Positions 1-13,073 of a stretch of DNA of 64,000 bases are shown piece by piece. The notes under the pieces are model-generated. The model saw only the letters and a program-made list of their open reading frames with translations. It was not told where the DNA came from and did no database searches. The stretch comes from Octopus vulgaris (Eukaryota). Each line of letters begins with the position of its first letter. The stretch's first letter is position 1. The translations under genes were made by a program, and so were the position numbers. Location: positions 68,820,001-68,884,000 of the forward strand of contig OX597828.1 of NCBI GenBank assembly GCA_951406725.2, given 5' to 3'.

Positions 1-129
1 AAAGCTACAGTAACACCCCATCCCTTTGTGGTTAGCCATATTGAGATGGCTATTATACTTTACATCTCTAAAAATATTTATATAGTTATTTCCCTTACAA
101 ACCCGAGCAACGCCGGGCGACACTGCTAG
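1..129 (+). mobile_element. Helitron 3' terminus (runs off window start)
   Basis: GC-rich hairpin CCCG-AGCAACGC-CGGG (102-117), then CTAG|T at 126-130 and a (TA)n tract; the same motif recurs ending at 20005 and 23664. Confidence 0.6.
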
Positions 130-196
<67 letters not shown>

Positions 197-469
197 TGTT
201 GTTGATTAAGTAATCTTTATTTAGATAAATCAATAAAGGAGAGAGGGATATATATATATATATATATATATATTAGGGCGCAGTTTACCAAGTCCAGGAT
301 GATTTCTGTGCAACAAGTCGAGAAACTAGGGATTCGTCTCCAGTATCCCATTAACATAGTATTGTATCCCTGTCGCAAGTTCCAGTCCACTATTCATCTG
401 ATCGATTGCCCGGTTTCACATACGAGCATTCGTATAAGGTCTCTGCAGTCTTAGAGTAATAGGTTCATA

Positions 470-630
470 TGCATGGCTGTGTGGTCAGAAACTTGCTTCC
501 CAATCACATGGGTCCGACTTTAGTCCCACAGTGTGGCACCTTCAGCAAGTGTCTTTTATTATAGTCTCTGATCGACCAAAGCCTTGTGAGTGATTTTCGT
601 AGAGGGAAACTGAAAGAAGCCCGTCGTTTA
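470..630 (+). mobile_element. tRNA-derived SINE family B, 5' half
   Basis: TGGCTGTGTGGT head; GGCACCTT..CAAGTGTCTT and GGAAACTGAAAGAAGCCCGTCG match the full copies at 10954 and 62312. Confidence 0.75.
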
Positions 631-652
631 TATCCATACATACATACATACA

Positions 653-684
<32 letters not shown>

Positions 685-720
685 GATACACACACACACA
701 CATACACACACACACACACA

Positions 721-756
<36 letters not shown>

Positions 757-990
757 TTGTACATAAGAACACGTTAAGAGACTTCCAATTAGGAAAGCCT
801 TGTGTTAGAAAATCCTTTTGAGAATTTATCCATAATTAGTAATTTGAGTTTTCTATTGCTCTTTCTAGCACAAGGCTTTCCTATTTGGAAGCCTCAATAA
901 CATACAGTCTATTGACTTTTTTTGAGCTAGGCCACTATTAATAATAATTTCTATAATTCATATTCCCCTAATATTATATATATATATATA

Positions 991-1199
991 TAGTTAATCC
1001 AAACATGAACAAAGAGAAAATACAAGAACGCGAGGACGTGGAACAAGTATTGTGTTATTGGACGCTTAGGAAAGGAAAGAAAGAAGGAGGATTCAATGTT
1101 TCGAGCGGAGCTCTTCGTCAGAAATATAGAAAAAAGAAAAAGTCCAAGGAAGAGAAGATGGAGAAAGAAAATCGCCAACGATACACACGCAGTCACACA
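991..1199 (-). mobile_element. Short non-coding Penelope-type (pLTR-like) element carrying an HHR
   Basis: Begins in (TA)n; homologous copy at 30953-31160; contains the HHR core at 1091-1125. Confidence 0.55.
1091..1125 (-). ncRNA. Minimal type I hammerhead ribozyme, slightly degenerate
   Basis: Minus strand ATTT-CTGACGA-A-GAGC-TCC-GCTC-GAAA-CA-TT-GAAT; core intact, stem III CG mutated to CA. Confidence 0.55.
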
Positions 1200-1309
1200 T
1201 ATATTATGGAGATGTACTTGCATAGCAAGTGACTTGATCTGAGATCGTGTACCGAAAGAAAAACAATTGCAGCGTGGAAGATGTTTATAAAACATTTAAG
1301 AACACACCA

Positions 1310-1552
1310 AAAACATTATTTACATTTGACGGATATTTGTTCTCACCTTCTTTGTTGTTAACACAACATTTCGGCTGATATACTCTCCAGCCTTCATCAG
1401 GTGTCCTGGGGAAATTTCGAATCTGAGTTCTGATTTCTAAGGTATTTTTGATGTTATTATTATTATTATTATTATTCAGGTCACTGCCTGGAATCGAACT
1501 CGGAATCTTGGGGTTAGTAGCCCGCGCTCTTAACCACGACGCCATATGTCCG
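1310..1552 (-). mobile_element. tRNA-headed SINE (family D) with an HHR-containing tail
   Basis: Minus strand: A-box TGGCGTCGTGG, B-box GTTCGATTC, (AAT)n linker, then tail with HHR; second tail copy at 52750-52930. Confidence 0.7.
1361..1404 (-). ncRNA. Minimal type I hammerhead ribozyme
   Basis: ACAC-CTGATGA-A-GGCTG-gagagtatat-CAGCC-GAAA-TG-TT-GTGT; stems I and II pair perfectly. Confidence 0.65.
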
Positions 1553-1732
1553 TAAGAATAATATCCGTCAAATGTAAATAATGTAAATAATGTACATAGT
1601 TTTGTTAGTGAGGAGGTCACGGTTTCAAAGCGACGAAAATATTTTGACACAAATTAAATTTAAATGTTGAAGTGGAACTAACGGTTTTTGTGTGTTTCTT
1701 AAATGGTTTACAAACATCTTCCACGCTACAAT

Positions 1733-1777
<45 letters not shown>

Positions 1778-2089
1778 CCAGGTGAAAATCGACCGGAATA
1801 TGTCATTTTTTGCTCGTCTGTAAGAAAAAAAGATATTCCATAGGCAGTTTGTAATCTTGCAGCAAGAAAAAGAAAAAAAATCAAAGTTAATAGTGTAAGG
1901 GCAATAACTCTGCACTCATACAGGCAGAGTTATTTCCCTTACAAGGTTACACCAATGTGTTTAAACATTTTCAACGTCCATAGAGGAACAATGCTAAAAA
2001 TCCAAAGAAGTCTTTTGGTATCGATTCTCATTTTGCAATTCAGAAAACGCAAGTAATATATATTATATTTCTCGCGTGACATTAATAAT

Positions 2090-2305
2090 TCTTTCTGCTA
2101 CAGGCTCAAGGCCTGAAGTTTCAGGGGCGGGGGGCGGGGTCCAGTCAATTAATTCGATCTCAATAGTTGACTGGTGATTATTTTATCGACCCGGAAAAGG
2201 ATGCAAAGTGAAGTCGACCTCGGTGGAATTGAACTCAGACCGTAAAGTTGGACGAAACGCCTCCAGACATTTTGTCCGTCTGCGACAGATTCTGCCTGTT
2301 CGCCG
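2090..2305 (-). mobile_element. tRNA-derived SINE family A, degenerate
   Basis: Shares the TTTATCGACCC..AAAGGATG..AAGTCGACCTCGG central domain. Confidence 0.7.
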
Positions 2306-2700
2306 AGAATAATAAATAAGTATTTGCAGAGTATCGCATGACCAAAGTGATATCAAAAAGCGTATATCGTATATATATAAGCTGCAGTAGCACTGTAAAA
2401 GCGGTCTCTTCTTAAAAATGCAGAGCTCTACGAAGTCATTGCAACATAGTAAACATAAAGACACAAGATTGCCAGATTCGTCTTAAATGTTACTTTTAAT
2501 ATTTTAAACACAAATAAAGGCTTTTTCGTTAGTCGTAAATTATCCGCGAATACTAAGGGTAGCTTTTAAGCCTCTCCCCTGCGACTGACAAGTACAAAGT
2601 TTCCACAGGGCGTTGCTTAATTAATGTGCGAGAGCAGTGGCTGAAAACTTGGCATGCTAATGACGACCGAAAAATCTCTATTTTTTCTTGACTGAATATG

Positions 2701-2900
2701 TTATAAATGAAGGTTCACACAATCTTTCGCCGTCACCACCGCCGAAAGTCGTTTCGATGAGACCGACGGCAGACTTCGCGAAAGAGTCTCTCCGTATTTC
2801 ATTGGTGACACTTTCGACGGCTGCTTGCAGCAGATCCAAGATATCTGGGCCCGTTTGAATGTGGCCATCGCTGAAACGCTTACAGTTCTTTCCCGTTGCT
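2701..2900 (-). pseudogene. Possible Tc1/mariner transposase C-terminal remnant
   Basis: Frameshifted LDLLQAAVESV..ETLSRSLPSVSSKRLSAVVTAKD resembles the Tc1 C-terminal 'L..SMP.RL.AVI.AKG' motif. Confidence 0.3.
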
Positions 2901-2984
2901 TCTTCACAGGCGGCCGCAACATTTGAATCAGTAAATATATTCGTTGACGACAGATGAAGTACAAATACCGAGAGGTAACAGTTA

Positions 2985-3409
2985 TCCCGACTTAAACGTG
3001 GATGTTCTGTTAAAACAAACTATAGTGCGGTAGTTGCCATGGAAAAAAAATCTCTCTCATATTGGCTTTTGCTGCAAAAGGAACTCTTGTTTATATTTCT
3101 GGTGGGGAGATAAATGCACACCACCTCCAGCGCTGAGACCATTAGGTCACGTGATTTCGGCCTTCCTGTGGTGGAGAGATGAATCGCTGCAATCTCCAGC
3201 AGTCGAGCGGCCATCATTGACAAGACCAAGGAAGGTCGAAATCATATGAGCTGGTAGTGTCGGCGCTGGAGGTGGCGAGGAATTTTCTCTTTGCTAGCAA
3301 TATAAACAAGAGCGCATTTTGCACCAAAAACCAATACGAAAGTCTTTTTTCTCGTAGTAACTGATGCAGTATAACTTGTTCTAATAAAACATCCACGTTT
3401 AAGTGGGGA
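2985..3409. mobile_element. MITE with long imperfect terminal inverted repeats
   Basis: TCCCGACTTAAACGTGGATGTT / AACATCCACGTTTAAGTGGGGA ends; inverted similarity continues ~150 bp inward to CACCTCCAGCGC/GCGCTGGAGGTG; no clear TSD. Confidence 0.65.
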
Positions 3410-3600
3410 CGAATAGAGAAATCGGTGGTTTTCAACCATTTTTTTTATCTAGAGACCCCTTTGATTGCTAATTTACTTGGATCACTTTCTTATAGACATT
3501 CGATGTTTTAAAAAATTCTTATTGAATTTTTATAATCAAATATAAGAAATTGTCTAAAATGAGTGTTAAAATAGTTTGTGTATGATAGAAGTATAAGCAA

Positions 3601-4026
3601 TTAATTCGTATACTGACATAGTACACCCCTTCCTTTGTTTCCCAGTTTGCAATATTTCGCTATGTGCCTGGGTCGGGCATATTGGTAACTCACCCCTTTA
3701 GACTTCGGTTTTGTACAATCTCTAGCCAAGTGCAGACTCGGACACCTAAAGCATGGTCCCTTAGATGTCCGTCTCTCCATTACCCTGTCTTCGCTATTTG
3801 CCGCCTGCCTCTTCATCCTACGCATATCCGTCGTCACCATTGTCGCGATATCACGTGTGCCATTCTGAGTTAACACTCGCATCTTATTCACTAAGTCGCC
3901 CGCTGACGTTGTGTCGATGTCTGGCTGCTGCTGCTGCAACCTCACCGAGATGTGATTGGAGAATTCGATCACAAAACCTGGCTTTACGATCCTCTCCATC
4001 ATTTCAACGGTAAACCCTGCTAACAA
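3601..4026 (-). pseudogene. LTR retrotransposon (Ty3/Gypsy-like) gag remnant
   Basis: ORF ends GPCFRCPSLHLARDC..PRHIAKYCKLGN: two degenerate zinc knuckles followed by GN, as at a gag C-terminus. Confidence 0.55.
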
Positions 4027-4866
4027 AGAAGTTATTCAAACGCCCCACTTCTTGACGTGACGTTAGCTCCCCTCCCTTCCGGTTCCGTCGTCACTCTTCT
4101 TTCCTCGCTTCCGGTCCCGACTTCACTCTTCATCCCTCGCTTCCTATCCCGACGTCTCCTTCACCCCTCCACAGAGTAATAGTTCCAACATTGGTCCGAC
4201 AAATATCTAATATGGAGACAATTTCAGTCACAGTAAAACTTTCATCATAATTTGACAATTTTTTTATCAAACTTCATTTGAAATTCTGCTCCTCTGGTTG
4301 GTCATTAATGGCTGGTGAAAAATACTGCTTGATAAACATTGAATTTAAAGTTGACAAGAAGAGAACTAAAGTAAATGGCGAAGTCGAAGTTGACAATTAT
4401 GAAATTAAAGCTGTCGACGACGACATCGCGACTGAGACCAACAAAACTGAGACGGGTTGGAGGAGGAGCTCTGAGGGTTAACTGTCGAATTCCTACAAAA
4501 ATCATGGTCACCCTGACTACTTAGGTCAGCGTCCTCTCCAATCAGTTCTCTAAAAGAGCATGTTCAGAGCAAGCCCATCCCTTGGATTATGCTTACCACC
4601 CTCATTCACCTTTCAACGAATTTGCTGGAAGACAACAATTCCCTTCCCATCCTCAGTTTTCTTTTCAAGCGAAACCTGAAAAAGTTGATGAGGGCATGGC
4701 TAAAGGGGAAAGTGTCTTTTCAACCTTTTCAGTGTGGTCTACCACACAACCTCTTGCGCAATGGTCAACAGATAGGTAAGATGTGCCTCCAACACAGCTT
4801 ACAATAACACATTTTAGTACGTATTATTGAAATGTAGTACGATTCAATATAATAAATACAGTTGAA

Positions 4867-5096
4867 GGCGGCGAGCTGGCAGAAACGTTAGCACGCCGGG
4901 CGAAATGCGTAGCCGTATTTCGTCTACCGTTACGTTCTGGGTTCAAATTCCGCCGAGGTTGACTTTGCCTTTCATACTTTCGGGGTCGATAAATTAAGTA
5001 CCAGTTACGCACTGGGGTCGATGTAATCGACTTATTCCGTTTGTCTGTCCTTGTTTGTCCCCTCTGTGTTTAGCCCTTTGTGGGTAGTAAAAAAAT
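4867..5096 (+). mobile_element. SINE family A, full length
   Basis: GGCGGCGAGCTGGCAGAA head, GGTTCAAATTCC B-box, central domain, tail ..GTGGGTAGTAAA; ~15-bp TSD ATAA(T/C)AAATACAGTT. Confidence 0.85.
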
Positions 5097-5737
5097 ATAT
5101 AACAAATACAGTTTATGAACAACACAGTTGTGTGGTGAGAAATTCGCTTCCCTACCACATGGTTCCGGGTTCGGCATTTTGTTCGTCTACACGTTCAAGT
5201 TTAAAATCCGGGGTCGATAAAATAAGAACCAGTTGGGAACGGGAGTCGATGTAATCGACTTACTCCATCTCCGAACGTACAGGCCATGAACCAAAATTAG
5301 AAACCTATATTTCGGCTCGGAGTCAAACATGAATTCTAATGGACGTAACAAGATTTCATAAACACAGCCGCGTCCGCATGCGAGTGCGGACCCAGCATAT
5401 TGTGCAGTCCTTCAATCGTGCTGACAGTCCTTTGTAATGTTTTCTAGCCTCTCAAACAAACAACCCAGTTTCCTAACCCCCCCCCCCCAGTCATGTGGGG
5501 GGTTAGAGAAATTGCAGAAGACAATGATACTGACAAACTAATGATAATTTTAAAATTACAAACGAAAACTCAATCTGCAGAAAATGCCTGAGTAATTTTT
5601 TCCACGCGAATATCTCGTCTCTTCTTCATTCGTGCGCGCTTTGCCACGTTAAACCAGAGCAGAGACTGCATGACTGAGCGAACGAAACGGGATTTAGCTG
5701 ATAAATACAATACACATACTTTGTTTTACATATATAC

Positions 5738-5770
<33 letters not shown>

Positions 5771-5915
5771 TATATATGTGAGTGTGCGTGCGTGTGCATC
5801 CGTAGGTGTGTGAATGTGTTTGTGCGTGTGCGCTCGTATGTGAGTGTGAATGTGTGAGTGTATTTCTCTCTATATATATGTGTGTGTATATCTATATATC
5901 TATATGTACGCGCGT

Positions 5916-5979
<64 letters not shown>

Positions 5980-6146
5980 GATGCAGTATGAAATAGTATA
6001 CTAAACAGGAATTCATAATACAAATTACATGGTATTAGTCATTTCTAACTTCTTACTTAAATCCATAGAGTATGGGTCTCCCCTCTGGCTTTCAGATGGC
6101 TACTAGGTGCTGTACATACATACGTACAACGCATGGACACACACGC

Positions 6147-6196
<50 letters not shown>

Positions 6197-6261
6197 GAGT
6201 TTGCGCGTGCGTGTCTTTGATTGTATCTATTTACATATTTTATATATATATATGTATGTAT

Positions 6262-6469
6262 TTTTTTTACTCTAGGCACAAGGCTCGAAATTTTTGGGAC
6301 GGGGCCAGTCGATTAGATTGACCCCAGTACGCATGTGGTACTTAATATATCGACCACGAAAGGACGAAAGGCGAAATCGACCTCGGCGGAATTTGAACTG
6401 AGAACGTAAACACAGACGAAATGCCGCTAAGAATTTCATCCGGCATGCTAACGTTTCTGCCAGCTCGCC
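6262..6469 (-). mobile_element. SINE family A with alternative tail 2
   Basis: Same head and central domain; tail ..GAGCCTTGTGCCTAGAGTA. Confidence 0.8.
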
Positions 6470-6583
6470 ATATTAGAAAGTCTATGAGCATTACTTAATA
6501 CAGTTTTGAAATGTAATTTTATCAGGATGTTACTGGCCATTTTTTAGGAAGAAATTTTTTACCTAGCGTGTGAGCGCTTTCGC

Positions 6584-6649
<66 letters not shown>

Positions 6650-6812
6650 CATACATATATATATGATATATATATATATATATATAGATAAAAATCGTTG
6701 GAAGCCAGGAGGCTCCTTCAGATCACAACTATGTAGGATACATACATGTACATACATACATGCATGCTTACAACTTGCATGCTTATACACATGCATGCTT
6801 ACACACATGCAT

Positions 6813-6850
<38 letters not shown>

Positions 6851-6857
6851 ACATACA

Positions 6858-6888
<31 letters not shown>

Positions 6889-8071
6889 GCTTATGTACCA
6901 TTTGAAATATATAACATATATACGACGGCATGAACTATATATGTTATATAATTAATATATTATGAATATAAATACAGAAATATACAAGTACCATATGTTA
7001 GGTATTTATATATAGTTTCCATATGCAATTACAACATCATTTGCATAATCGCATATGGAATTGATTGAGAAATGCCGTCGCTCCAGTGAGTCCGAGAAAA
7101 TATTTGAATTGCCAAGATATGACTTCTTCGAAGCGTTTTAGAGACAATGCAAAGCGTATCTAAGCAGCAAATTATCACCTGAGAATGCGGCTAAAAGAAA
7201 GTTAAAATACAAGAAGATATGTAGAATAAAGTCGAACAAAAATTTTGAGGGTAAAATTACTTTTTAGAGGACAATATTTCATGAATGACATTTCAGTGAA
7301 ATTTACGTCTGTACAGTTTTAACGCTTCATTGCGAAAAAGTGTGTTCGTAAAAGTTGAGAATGCATGACCAAAAGCAGCACTAATAAAAATTTCACTCTC
7401 TACTAAACATCCAGAAGATAGAACCAGATGTGTTTGGATGTTCGAATTTCGCTACTATACACACATTGTCCTTTATTTTTTCTTTTTCTTTGTAGTTTCT
7501 GAAAATTTAGGAAAACGGAAACTAGGTCAAATAGAAGTCAGTCTGTTAATAAACTGGATATGGCGGTGAATTGGCTGAATCGTAAGAATATCTGGCGCTC
7601 TGAGTTCAAATCCTAAAGAAACGAACGTTGCAATTCATTCGTTCAGGGCTGATAAAATTCCAGTAAAGTGCCAAAATGTAAAGAACTGCTTATTAATTAG
7701 TTAGGAGTGTATATTTTTTTATTAAAAGAAAGCAATTAGTAAAAATCTACACTGTCTAGAAAATTCTTTAAAATTCCGTTTAAAATTAAAAAAAAAATCA
7801 AACTATGGTTTTAAAATTCCGTTTAAAAAATCTTTTTAAATCAAACTATGGTTTTAAAATTCCGTTTATTATTAACGATTTCAACTAAAGTATTCAATCA
7901 CAAAATCTTATTTCAATCAATCGCAACATACCGTTTTCACATGTCTTTGTTTATATTCCGGCCTAGCCATAGAAGTGTTCCCCACCCTGCCGAATTTTTT
8001 TCATCATAAGTTTATGAAAAACGAATATTTTTTAATGAAATTTTCTGCAAATATGTTTCAGGTGGTATAAG

Positions 8072-8303
8072 GTGTCGAGCTGGCAGAATCGTTAGCACGC
8101 CGGGCGAAATGCGTAGCCGTATTTCGTCTGCCGTTACGTTCTGGGTTCAAATTCCGCCGAGGTCGACTTTGCCTTTCATTCTTTCGGGGTCAATAAATTA
8201 AGTAAGTACCAGTTAGCACTGGGGTCGATATAATCGACTTAATCCGTTTGTCTGTCCTTGTTTGTCCCCTCTGTGTTTAGCCCCTTGTGGGTAATAAAGA
8301 AAT
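8072..8303 (+). mobile_element. SINE family A, full length
   Basis: Near-identical to the copies at 4867 and 35252. Confidence 0.85.
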
Positions 8304-8585
8304 AGATTGGTATAGATTACAGATGGTATAGGATTACGATAATATGGGAATTTGTTGTGAACTTTCGGGTAATTCATACCTTAACTTTGTTTCTTCATAA
8401 CTTTCAGGAAAAAGGGTATTTTTTAATGAAATTTTCTACACATACCTTTAGATGGTGTAGAATACGATTATATCGGAATTGAATGTGAACAAGAAAATGG
8501 GCGGAGGTGGGGGTGGCGCATTACTCGCATCTCGACTTTGTTTCCTCATTAGTTTTGATGTCGTAGATTACAATTATCTCCTTTT

Positions 8586-8945
8586 CCTTTTTATCTTTTA
8601 CTTCCTGCAGTCATTAGACTGTGGCCATGCTGAGGCACCGTTTTGAAAAATTTTTAGTCGAGCGAATCGATCTCAGGACTTATTTTTTTTAAAGTCTGGT
8701 ACTTATGTCGAAATCTTTTGCTGAACGGCAAAGTTACAGGAACGTAAACACACCAAGACCTGCTGTCAAGCGGTGGTGGAGGACAAACATAGCGATAAAC
8801 GCACACACACACACACGATGGGCTTCTTTCAGTTTCCGTCTACCAAAACCACTCACGAGGCTTTGGTTGGCCCGGGGCTATTGTAGAAGACACTTGGCCT
8901 GGGTTGGGAAGCCATGTGGGTGGGAAGCAAACTTCTTACTACACA
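8586..8945 (-). mobile_element. SINE family B, degenerate
   Basis: GGCCATGCTG.GGCACCG tail and TTCAGTTTCCGTCTACC..ACTCAC block. Confidence 0.75.
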
Positions 8946-9869
8946 GACAAGTAAAAATACTTTTGAGGACTCTTCCATCCTTTCCTAAAAATTATCTCGA
9001 AGAAATCTTTGTAGAAAGGTGAGCACAATGCTAATACCAATTATTGAATATGTATTTCTTTCATGATCTTATCACAATCTTAATCTCTCTCTCTCTCTCT
9101 CTTGAACAAACCCTGAGGAAACCCATCAACTACGCGGTCGATTAGTATGTTAGAAGTAGCGAGTATCACTTAGGTCTCAAAAATAACTTCTTTTTCCATC
9201 ATAATTGTAATGCATATCATCTGAAAGTATGAAGACACAATTTTGACATGAGTAAAATATCTACTCCCTACCCGTACCCCAATTTTTTTCACCTTGAATT
9301 CCGATAAAATCGTAACCTGCACCATCTGAAAGTTATTTGTAGAAAATTTCACCAAAAAGTACCCATTTTGTTTTTTAAATTACGAGGAAGCAAAGTGGAG
9401 GCGTGTGAACTATCCAAAGTCCCTCCTCACTCCCGATAGAATATATTCCGATATAATCGCAAAGTACGCCATCAGAAATATATTTGGTGGAAATTTTATT
9501 TTAAAATATCCATTCTTCAAGTTATGAGAAAACAAAGTCGGTTGGGAACATTTCTGTAGTTATGCCTTTGTAATGAGTGAGTGAATACTATTAGCCGAAT
9601 GAAGTTAAACCAGAGGGAAATTTGGATGTCACTTAATAGAAAAATTACACAAATTGGGAACCAAATGTGTAAATGCAATCTTTCTTCCAGTGACTTTAGT
9701 AAATTAACGACTGAATGTAGAACGGTGGACAACAAAATCAAATATTGTAAGTGTTCTGTTTCATGGGTGTTTCACCGATCTGCAGTGCAGAAATGATTTA
9801 CCCTACAATCGTTGCATAAAAGTGAAGTTTTACAGCAATTCAGTGCAATCAAAGACAATATTCAATCAA

Positions 9870-10035
9870 AGGCAAAATGCTTAGAGGCATTTCGTTGGTC
9901 CTTACGTTCTGAGTTCAAAATACCGCCAAGTTTGACTTTGCATTTCATCCTTCGGGGTCGATAAAATAAGTACCGGTGTAATCGACTTAGCCCCTCCTCT
10001 GAAATTGCTGGCCTTTTGCCAAAATTTGAGACCTA
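9870..10035 (+). mobile_element. SINE family A with tail 3
   Basis: Central domain plus CTGAAATTGCTGGCCTT..CAAAATTTGA tail. Confidence 0.7.
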
Positions 10036-10293
10036 TATAGTATCGAACTAAATGCTCAAAAATATTTAAATAGAATATTTTGCTTCGAGTTCTGACTTTG
10101 TTGCGGTTGACTTTGTCTTTCATAAATTGGGAGTTGTTATGTTGCGGTCTGAATTACTGGAAATCGAGAGAATGTAAGAATTTTGTAGCTTACTGCACGA
10201 ACAATAAAACTTATGTCTTGGGTGCGATAAGGGTGGATTTCTATTTATTTCTATTTCATTCGGCTGTTTATCATTACTTATAAACAATATCAC

Positions 10294-10430
10294 GTGGAGG
10301 CACATGGCTTAGTGGTTAGAGCAGCGGACTCGCGAATCTCAGATCGGGCGATGTGTATGTCTATGAGCGAAACACCTAAGTTCCACGTGGCTCCAGCAGA
10401 AGGTAATGGCGAACTTCTGCTGACTCTTTT
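10294..10430 (+). mobile_element. tRNA-headed SINE fragment (family C-like head)
   Basis: GGAGGCACATGGCTTAGTGGTTAGAGC head similar to the copies at 28088 and 31822. Confidence 0.55.
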
Positions 10431-10768
10431 AATATAAATGGCGGTGCCCCAGCATGGCCACAGCTTCTGAGCTGAAACTAGATGAAATGAAATATCAGTT
10501 ATGCACTGGAATATAAATTCAATCGAATTCATTCTCCCCCACCCCAGCCTCCAACAGATTTCTAGTTCAAATTAATGCGATGCCATTATTGTTTAGTTCC
10601 TAATCAAATTTAATCGAAATACTGTTCAGGAATATTCTAACCGTGACCATCTCATTTTTCTGGCAGACTACATTATCCAATATGCCCTTCCATTTTTAAA
10701 GACGAAGAGTATGGTTTGTGAGAAATATGGCTGTTATTTCTTGTAAATCGAACGACTTCGTAGACCAA

Positions 10769-10830
10769 TGTAACGGTTAGCACTCTGGACTCTGAATCCA
10801 GCGATCCGAGTTCATGTCTCGGTAGAACCT
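10769..10830 (+). pseudogene. tRNA-Gln(CTG) pseudogene lacking the 5' acceptor strand
   Basis: TGTAACGGTTAGCACTCTGGACTCTGAATCCAGCGATCCGAGTTCATGTCTCGGTAGAACCT matches metazoan tRNA-Gln-CTG from about position 11 to 72; the upstream 10 nt cannot pair with AGAACC. Confidence 0.8.
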
Positions 10831-10837
10831 GATTTAC

Positions 10838-11352
<515 letters not shown>

Positions 11353-11416
11353 TATATTGTTTATCCCTTTATCAATGATCGTTTTTGTTCCTTATATTGC
11401 CTACATTATCTCTCCT

Positions 11417-11447
<31 letters not shown>

Positions 11448-12040
11448 CACTTTCCCCCTCTCTCTCTATCTTGCATATCACGATCCTTTCTGTTGCTATA
11501 GAGACTGCCATTTGTCATAGCAGCTGTCACCACCTGTCGTCACCTGTTTAGCCCTATACCCTCCACACACAACTGATAGCCGCATTCTTGCCGTATTTAA
11601 GGGATTACATTGGGCAGGATGTAAGACAACTCATGAGGTGAGGTAACGCAAAGCGACAAAGAGGGACAGATAGAGAGGAAGAGAAAGGGGGAATGTGTTT
11701 GTTGAGATGGGATTAGAAAAGGAGAGAGAAATAGAATGGGTGGTAGGAAGAGTAAAGAATAGAGAGGTGGAAAAGGAGAAGTAGAAAGGGTTGGGAGTTG
11801 GGTAGAGAATGTTTGTTAAAACGAAACGAAAGAAATAAGTATTTAAAGAGGAAAAGCGGAGGAGATGAGGGAAAGGAAGAGAACGGGAAAGAAGAATGAG
11901 GAGAAAAAGAAGGGATAAACGAAAATAGAAAGAGAGAATGAAAAGTATTAGAGAAAAAAAAACAAAATGGACGAGTAGAAGGAAATAGTGAAGGAAATAG
12001 TAAATTGAGTCAAACTGGAAGGAAAACGAAATGAATGTTA

Positions 12041-12094
<54 letters not shown>

Positions 12095-12138
12095 GGGTTG
12101 GAGAGATAGGAGGTGGGTAGATATAATAAAAATTTTGG

Positions 12139-12170
<32 letters not shown>

Positions 12171-12306
12171 ATACATGTATATATATCGGTGCCCCAGCAT
12201 GGCCACAGCTCATGAGCTGAAACTAGATAAAATAAAATAAAATAAAAAATTATATATTTATGTTCACTGCTTTTATTTTCTGCCTTTATTTCGTCTCCAA
12301 AATTTA

Positions 12307-12342
<36 letters not shown>

Positions 12343-12395
12343 TGTATGTATGTATGTATGTATGTATGTATGTATGTAGAAATATGTATATATAA

Positions 12396-12695
12396 AAGCC
12401 TTGTGAGTGGATTTGGTAGACGGAAACTGAAAGAAGCCTGTCGTATATATGTATATATATATATGTATATATATATATATGCGTGTGTGTGTCTGTGTTT
12501 GTCCCCCTAGCATTGCTTGACAACCGATGCTGGTGTGTTTACGTCCCCGTTACTTAGCGGTTCGGCAAAAAAGATCGATAGAATAAGTACTGGGCTTACA
12601 AAAGAATAAGTCCCGGGGTCGATTTGCTCGACTAAAGGCGGTGCTCCAGCATGGCCGCAGTCAAATGACTGAAACAAGTAAAAGAGTAAAAGAGT
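12396..12695 (+). mobile_element. SINE family B, 5'-truncated
   Basis: Matches the 10954 copy from GCCTTGTGAGTGG to the tail. Confidence 0.85.
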
Positions 12696-12696
12696 A

Positions 12697-12786
<90 letters not shown>

Positions 12787-12962
12787 CGTGAAGTATATTT
12801 GGCACCTAAATGTGGCTGACCCATAAGGGACGATGCTACTGTAGTTTGTAGCCCCAGGAAGACATCTCCTCCAGCTGGAGGAGACGTCTTCCTGGGGCTA
12901 TAAACTGTAGTAGCATCGTCCCATATGGGTCAGTCACATTTAGGTGCCAAACATACTTCACG
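12787..12962. repeat. Loop-less 176-bp palindrome
   Basis: 88-bp arms centred on CCAG|CTGG with 7 mismatches. Confidence 0.9.
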
Positions 12963-13003
12963 GTGCCATGCTGCTATTGCTTAATTCTCGCTCATAGATA
13001 CAT

Positions 13004-13071
<68 letters not shown>

Positions 13072-13073
<2 letters not shown>

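Noticed and set aside
4278-4807. Short unique-looking ORFs
   Set aside because: No recognisable motif or splice signals; possibly LTR-element debris
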